Below are positions 1 through 12,739 of a DNA stretch of 64,000 nt, in pieces (the first letter of the stretch is position 1; the number at the start of each line of letters is the position of its first letter). Position numbers and translations under genes: made by a program. Under the pieces are notes generated by a model. That model saw nothing but the letters and a program-made list of their open reading frames with translations. It had not been told where the DNA came from and made no database searches. Source of the DNA: Lobosporangium transversale (taxonomy: Eukaryota); contig NW_019028989.1 of assembly GCF_002105155.1 (NCBI RefSeq), positions 496,001 through 560,000 of the forward strand, written 5' to 3'.

Positions 1-3000
1 AAAGTATCCAGAACTGAGCGACTTCTTCAACACAGATTATTCCGCCAATTATGTGGCGCCCGATCCACGGCAACAGATACTTCGTCACAAACGAGCCATT
101 AGCTTGCCTGATACACTTTTTGAACAATATAACCGTAAGGGATAAAAAAAATTTTTTTTTTAATCGCTACCTTCCCTTTTAATGTTTTTGATTTCCTTGG
201 AACCTTATATTTTTCTGACGCGCTGTATTTTTATTCTTGTTTCTAGTTCTCGAGTGTCGTTGTTTCATGGGCTTGTTCCCCGAAATTGGTCGAGTCTGGA
301 TCACAATTGATCATCGTCTCTTTCTCTGGAATTATGCAGACGGGTATGTTGCCTTTAAGGATCATTCAAAGGACAACATATTTGGCCGCCTTGTTTCATT
401 ATTATGACTATTTATTTATATTTTCTCTCTTAAAAAAAAAAATAGCGGAAACTATGAATCATATGAGGAGCTAGATCAGATTATTGTGAATGTTGCTCTT
501 GTTAAGCCAAAGCCAGGTAAATCACAGGATTGGATCACCACAAGACGGAGCTTAGGATGGGAATTCAAACAACGTGTTGCAGAAGCCACGAGTTGCACGA
601 TTGACTTACTTATTTCAATATTCCCTATCTAGATACATTTGATGATAAAGTAGAATATCTCTTAGTTATTGCTACTCCAATTGAAGTGCACTTGCTGGGA
701 ATGTCGGTTGGATTTGGGTCAACGCCGCACACACTCTATATCACCAACATGAGTGTACCAACCGATAATGTGGCGATTAAAAGCATCGTGGGTACAGCTG
801 ATGGACGTATCTTCATGAATGGAAATGACGGAAGGCTATGGGAAGTTGATTACCAGGCGGAAGAGGGCTGGTTCAGCAAAAAGTGTACTAAACGGGAAGT
901 GATCGGGAGTCCACTTTCATTCTTTATCCCAACTTTCCTCAGCAAAATCAGAGTCGATCCAATTGTCAAGATCGTTTTCGATGAATCTAGGCAGACCATT
1001 TATGCTTTGACAGAGAATTCTAATATCGAGGTACGTCTCTACAAAAGAATGGCGAGGACATCGGATGCATAGAATTAAGTTCAAGCGGGAGATTCCATTG
1101 GGAATAATGGGATGATGAGATTAAGGATTGAACCCATGTGTCAATCATCGTTTTCCTATCATAGGTGATCGGATTGTCTGGTACTACACATGCCAGATCA
1201 ACAGTCAAAGCAAGTTACATTCTTCAGGAGGGCAAACGGAAGAGTAATCACAACAGGGCCATGGACGAAGGTCTATTCAAGATTATGGACATTCATGTTA
1301 TCCCACTGACAGAATCAAAGGATGTCAGCCTTTTGGCTGTTACTGTGACAGGCTGCCGCCTCTATCTTGGGCAGAAAGCAGCCCTTGACTACAATAGCCA
1401 ACGCTATATTGATCAGTCGAGCTCGGGACCATATCTATTACATGTCCGGATACCTCCAATGTTCGAGAGCGCTCCGGAGGCAGTAATGGGGGTTCAGGGT
1501 CAATATCGTGTACATCAGTCTCTTTATAACAATGGTGTGTTCTTGGCCGCACATTCGCTTCATGATGCCGCGGATGCACTTATCGCTTCTTCGCCAGATT
1601 CTGGGCCCATCAACAAAGCGTCAACAGCAACCAAGGTAGAACATATGCAGTTGATAGATTCAGAATATTTGGTTCATGTTTTTTCTGGATCAATCTATTG
1701 GCCCGTATGACTTATTTTATTTCATATCATTAGACTGTTGGCAGTTCATATATTCCAAAGCTCGCAGAGCTTGCCATGATTGCAGGATTGGATGGAAAGA
1801 TCTGGGGCATGTCCGAGATTCCAGGCGTGGAGTATGCAGGAGCTATCGACTCTTCCATTGCAAGGAATGAGCTTGCTGTTCAACTTTCCAGGTCTGCACG
1901 AGAGTACCTTGTACTCACAAACTCGGGAGTTCAGGTCTTTGCTAAACGTCGACCTATTGATACCCTACAACAGTTGCTGCTAGACGGTCGTGGCGCAGAA
2001 AGCGAGCTGGCTTCTTTTTTCACTCAGTATGTAGTTCATTGGAGTAATTCTTCATGGCATAGTTCAATGCTATTTCTACTTCAAAGTCTATTTAACTGAT
2101 GCGTTTGATCTCTCGTTAATATAATATTTATTAGATATGGACGTGTTGAGTCATGCGCAATGTGTATCGCGGTCCTCTGTGGCCATCCTAGCCTCTCAGC
2201 AGCACCGGTAGGATCTCAATGTAAGCGATTTGGGGTTCTAGGCAGTTGATATGAAATGGACCATTCTACACTGTTATGTTTTTTTTTTTTTTTTTATTTT
2301 TTTTTTTATTTTTTTTATATCTCGACTAAATCAATGTCTTTTATTCTTTCTCGTAGTCATGTCACCACATTCGACCGCTGGACCGATTGCTGCAACAGCT
2401 GAAAGACTACTATTGGAGTGGGGCGGCAAACGCAATTTGTCGGAGAAGCTGGCGAGCGAACGCGCAGCGTCTGCAAACTTGGCAGGATCAGAACTTGGAC
2501 GGCCTGTTTCTCAAAGTAGTTCAGGACAGTATACTTATCGACACACTGCACTTAGCCTTTACCTAGCGCGATTGCTGAGACCACTCTGGAAGCGTAAGGT
2601 CATCAAAGTCATCAACACACTTCGAGGACTTGTTGATTCTGAAATCTCTGACCTTGTGTTGACAGCTGTACAAAAGGATTTGTTCTCCCTTCGGGCGGTA
2701 TTGAACAACAACATTGAACTTTTTACGCCACGTCCAATCGTGACGTCCAATCCTCCGGGCGAGAAAGATCAAATTGAGATTGAGAATGCAAATGTCGAGA
2801 CCAAATCCTTGAAGGCATTACTACTCCTCATCACACAGTGCATTGAAGGTATTGCTTTTGTACTCTTTTTGATTGACTCCAAAATGTCGGAAACTGTCTC
2901 AAAGTAAGTTATCCTAGTGATCTTAAATCATTTATCCCTGTCTTTCCAGCGGAGACAATCTTGTGTACTCATTCAAACAACCGTTCCTTTCCTTTTGTTT

Positions 3001-5319
3001 CTGTCATACTGCAGTATTCCTGCAGAATCACAGCAAGTACTTTTAAATATTACCTACGAGAACTTGTTGACAACTTCAAAGGGTCATGATCTCTGTCGCG
3101 AATTAGTCACGGCTGTTATCAACAAACAGATGGGCCACCATATGAGCGTAAGAGGATGTCAATCATGACAGAACAGACTATAACTGGAAACATTTGTGCA
3201 AGTACTCAATACAGGTATTTTTTACTATGGCTTTAGGTGGATGCTGTTAGCGACACATTACAGAGGATTTGTGGGTCATTCTGCAGTCCAGGGGATGTGA
3301 TATTTTACAAGGCAACTGAGCACCTACGCCAATCAATTTCCTCTAAAGACCCTGCAGATATTGAAGATCATGCAAGGGAATCTTTGAGGCTCTTCAAGAA
3401 AGTTCCTTTCCTGCTAGTTGATGAAACACATGGACCTAATAAGCTTCAAGGAATTTGCAAAGACTACATGCAGTTGAAATTTTTCCCAGGTGCTGTTGAG
3501 CTCGCCCTCTCTTGTGCTCAGGGCGTTGATCCAAGTAACAAAGCAGCAGCATATGTCAAGGATGGCATTAGCTCAAAAGTAACGACAACATATATTGACA
3601 GGAGAATTCTGCATAGGATCTGTTCAACATCTTGAATCTTTGATTTTTTTTTTCTAACTATCCTCGAATGATTTGAATATAAACCCCGTATAGGACATCC
3701 GGGCAGAACAATATGCACAAAGGATGATCTGCTATGAAAACACGGTTGCTGTCTTGAAGGAGTTAGGATTGGACTCTGCACAGGGACCATTGTCTAGTTT
3801 TGCATTCCATACTCTGGAAACGGCTCTTCAGTTTGATGATTCACTCTTTCACACATTCCTTTATGATTGGTTATTGTCGCACAACCGTGCAGATTATCTT
3901 CTCGAGATCTCTTCACCCTATATTGAAGAGTACCTCAAGCAGTGCACTCTACTAGAATCAACACGGGATCTGTTGTGGCGCTATTATATCAAAGTGGATG
4001 AATTTGGTCATGCAGCGCAGGAGTTGGGACGTATTGCAGACTCGACACGCTATCAACTCACATTTGAATCAAGACTTCAGTACTTGTCGCTTGCAGTCAG
4101 TAATGCCAAGAGCTATCCAGCAGGATCAGACCCCAAATCTGATAATGGTCGACTGTTGATTGACCTGGAAGAGAAATTAGAAGTAGGGAACATTCAGCTG
4201 GACATCATATTGAATTTGAAGGCCATGGTGGATGAACAGAAACATGTTTCTGAAAACCCTGCTTTTGACGCAGCTACGAGACTGCAAGCTGGTCATGACG
4301 CTCGAGAGTTGGAGAGCCTTTTGCAAAGCTGTCGATCTCAGCTCCTAGATGCCAATGGTGTATGTTATCTTGTTTTTGTCAGAGCTCTTGTTGTTGTTGT
4401 TGACTTCGTCTACTAAATAATGCGCTCTTCAATCGAACCAGTTATATCACTCATATGTAGAGCCTCTCAAGATGTACGATTCAATGCTTGCCATCTATCA
4501 CACTTCAGATTTTGACGACGAGTACCATATACGGACTGCTTGGGAGGGCTTTATTGCAAAAGGTACAAACGCTGAATTTGTTGTTTGTAACAAAATACTC
4601 TGAGACTATATACTTATGGATGTATTTTTTTTTTATCGATAGTTTTTGTTGAGGCTGTCGACAGTGGACGTTCTCCATTGACGGATATCGAGGTGCGTGT
4701 CAAGGATCTAGGACGACGCTTTTATCCGTCAGCCAAAGTTGTACCGATTGCAATGATGGTTCAGATTCTAGAACGCTATCCATATCTGAAGCAAACTGCA
4801 AGTTATGGAGTTCCAGCAGGATGGGCTGTGCGTATCTTGCGAGAAATCGGATTTCCGTATGAGGCGCTATTTGATAGTTTCCATGCCTTGATTGAGACCA
4901 AGAAGAATGAATGGATTGGACCAAGAGCGTCATTGGTATTGATTCAAGACATTGAATATTTGCTACGAGCATGGCTTGCAGAAAGCCATGGATCTGGTAT
5001 TATCGCAGAGTTGAACGATGCACTGGGGATCTCTGAGGATGGGTGGCACCAGTACACCAATGGAACTACTGTGAATGGCGGGACAGTTGCCACATTAGGA
5101 CTCACCGGAACAGGTTCATTGGATCGATTCAGGGCAAGAAAAGTGGAGGAGGCGATCGAGATGTACATTCGTGTCCTCGAATCTGCGTCATGGACACCTG
5201 CACCTGTGTCTAGCGCATTCGATGAGAACATTGGAGGATCTGGAAATGAGGTGGTAGCCAAGGCAGGTAGGCTGGTACAACGTCTTCAAGTTCTTCGTGC
5301 AAGGATCCAACGTCTTTAA
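1..5319 (+). CDS. NUP170: Nucleoporin Nup170/Nup155 (5' end outside window; multi-exon, GT-AG introns)
   Basis: Spliced reading gives LPDTLFEQYNLLECRCFMGLFPEIGRVWITIDHRLFLWNY, GRIFMNGNDGRLWEVDYQAEEGWFSKKC, HTALSLYLARLLRPLW and RLQYLSLAVSNAKS, all typical of Nup155/Nup170; stop TAA at 5317-5319. Confidence 0.95.
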
Positions 5320-5397
5320 AAAAATATAATTGATAAAAGGGCAGAAAGTTGAAGACAAAGTTTGTATTTGAAGGATTGATAAGCATGAATAGAGATT

Positions 5398-5436
<39 letters not shown>

Positions 5437-6350
5437 AATAGCCACATCTAGAAAGCCAGAAAGCATTTGTTTATTTTTATTTTATTTTTTTTGATACAGC
5501 CAACTGCAATTAAGCTTTGTCCGAATGACCTAGGGGATGTTATGGCACAAGATGTTAAATTTGAAAAAGCAGTGCATACCGGATTCACGGGTGCACTCAA
5601 ATGCAATGCTCAAAGGTATAGTAAGAAGCAGATTGGATAACCAATTCCCTTCCTCCGTGCGTCTAGGAGAATATAAATTTGTAATAAGACTACATCCGAT
5701 AAGCAAAGGTGGAGGGAAAGAGATGTTTTTATTTGGATATTGTATTGAGGGGCAATATAGCTATGCTTCTGTTTCGGGTCCGGATTCATTGAATGTGACT
5801 TCCGATGCAGAGTGGCGAGATAAAATGCAATGAAAGCAATCGAGAGACTGATCTCTATTGTGCGGGAAGCCATATTGTGATGCTAACATTCCCTGCTGAA
5901 GCGCAGTGGATCGTGATGGAAGGTGTTATGATTTTATCGTGCTGCTTTGCTATATTTGTGATGCATGAAAACTCTGGAAAAAAAAGCAGTTTTTTCAACT
6001 TGATAATAGTCTGTCTCTTTATTTTCGCGCCTATTTATTCGGGGTTCAATTTCATAGGTCTTTTTGTGCTACTTCTCTTGATTTTTGTTGCTTTCCTTTT
6101 AATCCTTGTTCTCATTTTATTAGGCATGAGTTTCATATATGTCCCAAAGCGTGAACAACCATTCTCCGAGGACTCCACCAGCAACGGCAGCATTGCATTT
6201 GCGGCATTATCAGCCTTAGGATCCAACAGGACTCTCGGAGTCATCGACACAATCACAATTGAAGCAGATCAAACGGGAGCTGACATTTTTGTATCTTCTA
6301 AGGCATAAAATGACTTTTCTAATCACTTCATTTCTTTATTTTATAAAATC

Positions 6351-6382
<32 letters not shown>

Positions 6383-6747
6383 CAAGCACAGCTTTCACAA
6401 TTCATTTTTTTTTTTCTATCACTTTTATCCTGCGAGCACCTAATGTCATCTCTTTTTCACTTCTTACTCAGTCTACTATTTTTTCCGCTTACCATTTTCC
6501 TCTTACTTTTTTTTTTTTTTTTAGCTCCTAGCCTTACTTAAAAAAAAAAAAGTGCTTTGCCACTTCAATTAATTTTGTCTAACTCACCTCCCGTCAAATC
6601 CTTCGTACTTTCTATTCTCAGCATCTCCCCTCTTTTCACTGACTCAACACTTCTCAACATCTGCACCTTTGGGCCGACAAATATCAAGTATCGCATCATA
6701 GGATACCCAAATACTCCTCGATACTGCACTCGTTTCTACTCCCATAC

Positions 6748-6767
6748 CTTCTTCTTCCTCTTCTTCT

Positions 6768-6799
<32 letters not shown>

Positions 6800-6808
6800 T
6801 TCTTCTTC
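6748..6808. repeat. (CTT)n microsatellite with two CCT interruptions
   Basis: Seen directly; it produces the spurious poly-F and poly-E ORFs. Confidence 0.95.
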
Positions 6809-7597
6809 AAAAAAGTAATATAAAAAGCCTCCAGTTACTTTTACCATCGATTAGGCTTTTTGCATTTTATAATCTTAAGCCTTGGAACCGTTGCCACGCT
6901 TCATACCATAATGGCGCCTCTACATGCTTTAGAGTGTTGTATAAGTTAGCGAGCGCCATCATGAGGAAGTGAATGGCAATCAGGAGTGGAGCAACAACAT
7001 AAGGTGCTGTATAAGAAATATGTATGATAGGAAACATGAGGGTAATCATAGAAGCGAACACGCCATAGCAAGTGGGGATATGGATGCGGGGCTAAGAATG
7101 GAAAAGAATCAGAACACCCTAACATTCAATGGTTACAATGAATTTTTCCTTGTAGAGCCTTGGTCTAAGTAAGCTCTAAAATATGGTTGACCAGAGGAGT
7201 GGGCGCCTACTTCCCATGGAGGGACGAGACATTGTTTGTAGTATGTTTGTTTAATGAGGAACATACTTGCATCTAATGAGCATGAGTAGTGCATTCTTAT
7301 AGGCCACTTTTTTAACGATGGCAGCACAATGCTTGCTTAAGCATCCATTCCATCCAAAAAGAGCAATTGGTGACGCCATAAGGTTTATCGCGGCTGGATC
7401 TAAGGTGATCAAGGATTGAGCTTCGTCTGGTCTGCATTGAATCTATTAGAGTGCAATTGATTAACAGTGCAGGGGCCATGCTTCTCGCAAGCTCATTGGC
7501 CAAAGGGATTCCATACAATGGAATGGCCTGTCAACAGTCACCACAAACAGAAAAAAAAAAGTTGAACTGTTCAACAATAACCGCTACATACTAAACG

Positions 7598-8569
7598 ATG
7601 GCACCACCACCACCCAGGACACGTACACGAGGCAGAAAGCTTCCTCCAAGAGCAGGTGCTACCAAGAGAGCTGCTGCTGCTGCTGCTGCTGCTGCAAAGC
7701 AAGTCAACCATTCCGATGCAGTTGAAAAGGACCCGCATGTACTTGATCCAGACAATGAGTCGGGTGATGCAGTCAGCATGGAAGTAGAACAGGAAACTGC
7801 TGATGGCAAGACTTGGATTCAAACAAATGTGGATCAAGAAGTGGTAATTTTAGCTGTCTCGTCTTTGAGAAGAAAAAAAAAAAAAAGGGGTTTTTTTTTC
7901 TAAGAAAGAATTCATTATTAATACTTTGGATTTTTCCTTTATAATTCACGTTCACACAAAGGCAAGGATAAGAGCAACTGGAACGAGCATTGAGCCATTG
8001 ACAGTCAAAAACTTTGGGGTCGTTGTGGATTTATCACGCAAGAAGCCGACTGCCATCAATCGGATCGAGATCAATTCTAGCTTTGACTTTAAGAAAGTAC
8101 AACAGATCATGGTTTCTCCTGGTATCCCATATCCATACAAAGAGAATTTTGATTATGTTAATGTAAGTTTTTTTTTTTTTTTTTTTTTTTTTATAAAAAA
8201 AGAAAAAAGAAAAAGAGCATTAAGAAAATGAGGTATGAGTATATTGCTTAATTAACCCCTATCTCTTTCCATATGTTTTTCCTTTATTCATAGGTATTAT
8301 TGCTCGTTGACAAAGCTCAGACACCCATGTTAGTCCCATATCTTTATGATACAAAGTTCAAGACGCAGGAGCCTGTTGAAGAAGATCCAGATAAACCATC
8401 ATCACTCTCAACAGCATCATCATCACCATCATCATCAACTCTATCATCAACAGCAACTGCAGACCAACGTCCTTGGATTCATGTCAAAAACAACCTTACA
8501 GAATGGCTCTTAGTCAATACTCAACACATGCGTGCCAGACATCATATCGATGAATTTCATGATATTTAA
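7598..8569 (+). CDS. Hypothetical protein, 3 exons (about 7598-7842, 7962-8162, 8294-8569)
   Basis: ATG in AAACGATGG context; two GT-AG introns join three ORFs in frame; basic Pro/Arg N-terminus, poly-Ala, then a globular-looking region (VKNFGVVVDLSRKKP...WLLVNTQHMRARHHIDEFHDI). Confidence 0.75.
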
Positions 8570-8604
8570 ATTTAAATATTTGACATTTCAGCATTCGATA
8601 GAAT

Positions 8605-8630
<26 letters not shown>
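8605..8630. repeat. (TA)n microsatellite between convergent 3' ends
   Basis: Seen directly. Confidence 0.9.
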
Positions 8631-8635
<5 letters not shown>

Positions 8636-8779
8636 TGATATTACCAGCATTTTTGTTTTTAACCATCACCATCATTTTTTATTTTTGCCATCTCATAATA
8701 AAATCGTTTTTAAAAATTCTATAAATACACTTGTTTTAATATTTTGTAAAAGACAAATTGTGAATATATTTTCATGGCT

Positions 8780-10115
8780 CTATATGTCACCTTCTTGGAC
8801 TACTGAGGAGGAAGATGATACTGAGTTCTTGGCTGGCATATTGATATTACTCCGGGCACTTCTTTGCTCGCCATAAAATAACAACATTGGGTGTTCATAC
8901 ATCTCCAGAATCAGGCTGCGGAATCCGGCGCCCTTGATCTGCATCCATTCCTGTGTACCTTTTAGATACATTCCAAGGCGTGATAAAAACGATCGATTCG
9001 TGCTCATTGACAGATAGGGCGATGATGAATCGCGCTGACCATTTGAAGATGAACGATGATTAGCTGTTATTGATTCTCTATGTGCAGGCTGTGAAAATGA
9101 TCTACGGCTTTCCAGTACAGATGTGAAGTATGGCTTGACTCCGGAAAACGTTGGATGATTTTTACTATCCACCTCATTTTTTGTTTGTGTTGATTCTAGT
9201 ACTGGCATAGGCTCAGAGCGCTGTTGTTGTTGCCGCTGCTGTTGTTGCTTCTGGCGTTCTGAGTTGACAGGACTGATTGCTGAAGTATCGACATCGATGG
9301 CTGCTGCTGCGGTTGGTATCTTATTAGAACCATATTGCTGCATATACATCTCTCTAAATTTGGTAATTGATTCTACACTCTCGGAAAGCCGGTTGAAGGT
9401 ATTGAAAAGAGCGACAATTTCGGTCCTCTGCAGCAGATTTGGGTTATTGACAGGGCTTGAAATAAAAAAAAAAATTAACAAAAACATCATGAGTATAGGT
9501 TGAAGGCTTTTTATATTACAAACATTCTAAACAAAGCAAAGTATCAGAGTCTGCATTTTGTCTTATTGATGAAATACTTACTTCAAATGCTCATCATTAT
9601 AGGAAAAGAGGACTTTCAGAGCTGTACCCAAACCTGAGGTCTGGACTTTACCCCAAAGCCTACATTTTTCACATCCGACACAATCCATGATCTTGGTAAT
9701 GTTTCTAAAATGGTCTCGGAACTGAAGCTTAAGTGCTTGCGCTTCAGGTCCAACAAACATGGCTTTTTCGTCAAAGATTGCGGGCGATTTCATCGATGTC
9801 TCAATCAAACGGTCCACCATGGCCTACAAGATGCATTCAAAAAAAAAAAAAAAAAAAAAAAAAAAGTTAGATAAAATCCATGAACAATTGCTGAATAATA
9901 GAAAAAAGTAAGTCAAAATGTTACCTTAACCTGAGCGTCCTCCTCTGGGTGACCAGTACAGAACTCGTAATTCTTCAAATAACCCGAAAGCTTGGTCACA
10001 GCGCGGACCAAAATTGCATAGTCAAAAAAGATGTTTTCAAGGCGATCTGGGTGAGCACCAACCCTTGACACAAAACATTCAAGATTGGGGCCCTAGTAAA
10101 GAGAGAAGACTTGTT

Positions 10116-10151
<36 letters not shown>

Positions 10152-11798
10152 AAGAATACGATAAATTTGGGAATCTGGGTTATTCGTTGCATCCTTACCC
10201 AGACTCCTGACGTTTGATTAAAGTGTTCATCGCAGATATGGATAGAAATAGATGCGTGCAGCCCAGAGATCATTCTGTAAAAGACCCGCTTTTCCAGACA
10301 GAGCTCCTCGTCCTGGTGAGTACCAGCTGTCAAAGGGTTGAATGGTTCTGACAAGCTTGATGCAACAGTCAATGGGTTCCTGGCCATAGAAACACCAGCT
10401 GTAGCAGCAGACTTTAGTTTGTCTGCCAACATTTCCTCGTTTGCCTGACGATCCAATGAGCATTGTTCACAATCCGTTTCGAGTTGCATCCTTTTTGCAA
10501 TATTGAAGCAGTTCTCGTTATAGATTGCATCCCAGACTTTAGCTGCTGATGGGCCGGAATAGCCCGTAAACCTTTCAGGATTTTGCATTAGATCCACATA
10601 TACACCTTCGGAAACTGCCTCATCATCCACCTGACAAAAGTCCTGGTCCTTGAGTTGACAGCTCTTGAATGGTTGAAAATTCTGTTCGAGACCATATAGA
10701 GAATAAAAATCACGAGTATGAATGGTTGAATATTAGACAATGGCTCTTGAGACGACTTTGGAAAGATATTGCAAAGAATACAAACTTACAAAGCCGTTCT
10801 TGGGAGAAGAGATAGCACCGAGGGCTGCGCTCCTCCATTCTTCAGGAATAGCGCTCTAAGATCCACAGTAAATGTATTGTCAGCTAAAATTATGAAAGCA
10901 ACTCATTGGTGTACACAAAGTGACTGAAACTAGTCTGTACCTCATCGATAACAGCGACGCCGCAATCTTTGTTCATGCAAAGATGATTTTCCGTCCAAAA
11001 GGGACATGATTCGTACAAATTGACCTAAATAAACATCAGCAGTAGAATATCATCAGGAATGATCAGGAACAAAGAGCATTCACATCAGCGTAGCAATCAA
11101 GGTAACTAGGACATTTGTGAACATCATTATCGTTTTTTGTTTACTTTATAAAACTTGAAAAACTTTTGTCGGACAAGGACCTCGAGCTGCTTTCTCATTT
11201 CACGGTTGATAGTCTCAACTGCATCGTAATCACAGAGTGAGTTTTCAATTTGCATCGATTGCTATTACAAGAAGTATTAAAAAGGAGTGAGAAACAAATG
11301 AAAAAATCCCTTTTTAATTTCCAAGGTGCTCTGACTTCTTTTTTGAGAGCCATTCTTTCAGGTACTCACTCGACATTGTTCTGACTTGTGAAGACTATGG
11401 TCATGTTTTTCTTGGTCATGATGATTATTGTGGTGGCTGTGGTGAGAATGAGAGTGTGGTGAATGGTGATGATGATTGTGCTGCTGCTTGCTGTTACTGT
11501 TATTGTTCTGCTTTGAAATCAGGTGCTGAACAAAGTAAGGCACATTGACCATGCGCCCTTTCCGTGCAGTGGCAGCATTCATTTGTCCCGAAGTGCCAAC
11601 ATCACCCAGACTAGGAGGTGGGCCAAACAGGCCATGGAAAGGGTCATGTCGAGGTGCGGATTTGGAAGCAGGTTTAGGAATAGGGGATGGGACTACAGCT
11701 GCAGCATGTGATGGAAAAGAAAGGATGGAGAGAGCATCGACCAGAAAGAGAAGTAAGAAAGGCAGAGCGATCTGCGGCTGTTTTAGAGTAGGCCGCAT
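8780..11798 (-). CDS. ERO1: ER oxidoreductin 1 (multi-exon)
   Basis: Signal peptide; [10 protein letters not shown], shuttle [43 protein letters not shown], and active-site [14 protein letters not shown]. Confidence 0.97.
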
Positions 11799-12739
11799 TG
11801 CTTAAAAATGAATGTATATGTTGTAATTAGGGATGATGTTGTTGTAGACGAGCTGAAATGAAGAATGAATGAATGAATGAAGTGAATGTATGCTGTGAAA
11901 TGCAAGAAAGATAAAAAGTAAAAGAAGGGTAAAGAACAGAATAGCTTAAAAAAGGACAAACAGTCCTGAAACGGTCGAACTAATTTTAAACAAATTGTTT
12001 CTGGTTCAGTTACCGTGCGTGGCAAAGCATGATTGATTAATTGATATTGAATGGTCAATTGTTGTTAACCATCTTTAGACCACCCACTCCATCCCTCCTC
12101 TCTTTTTTACCTAACCTTCGTTCCATCGCGATACCATATAAGGTGAATTACAAACATGTTTCAAGGAAAACTTGTAAACATCCGGATCCTTAAAAATCAT
12201 TCATGTTTGGATGTAGCCGATGTTTTGTTTAATTGCACCACACTTTCAAACCAATTAACTTTGAACGTTGCACACAATCAATATTCGCCCTCTCTATCAG
12301 CACAACATCCAAGACTTTGATTAATACAAATATATCTTTAAAACATAAACTCTCCCCATTTTCATTCTTCTCTTTTGCTCTCAATCTGCTTCTAGAATTT
12401 TGTCAGCTTGCAATAGGTCGCCAAAGAATTCGACAGTGTTTCTCAAAAAGTCGTCGATAATCTTTCATTTCGAGTCGCTCCAACTAATTTTTGCTTTGTG
12501 TTACTCCCACAAGATGTAAACAGAACAATTGCAGCATAGGATCAACAACTAAAAAATCGCATATTCTAAGTTTTGATTATGTTACATCACGGAAAACTAA
12601 AGCACTGAATATCAATCCGAATACCTACGCAAGGTACTGCGCATCATATCATAAATGCTACGAGTCTAGAATGCTATTTTATTGATACTAGGTCTATAAG
12701 ATAAGCTAAAGCTGTGGGTGGGAATAATGTAAAGCACTC

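Noticed and set aside
5805..6308. 167-aa hydrophobic ORF and antisense 73-aa ORF
   Set aside because: Hydrophobicity comes from T-rich sequence; no motif or splice support, though a small gene cannot be excluded.
6557..6847. Poly-F and poly-E ORFs
   Set aside because: Products of the (CTT)n microsatellite.
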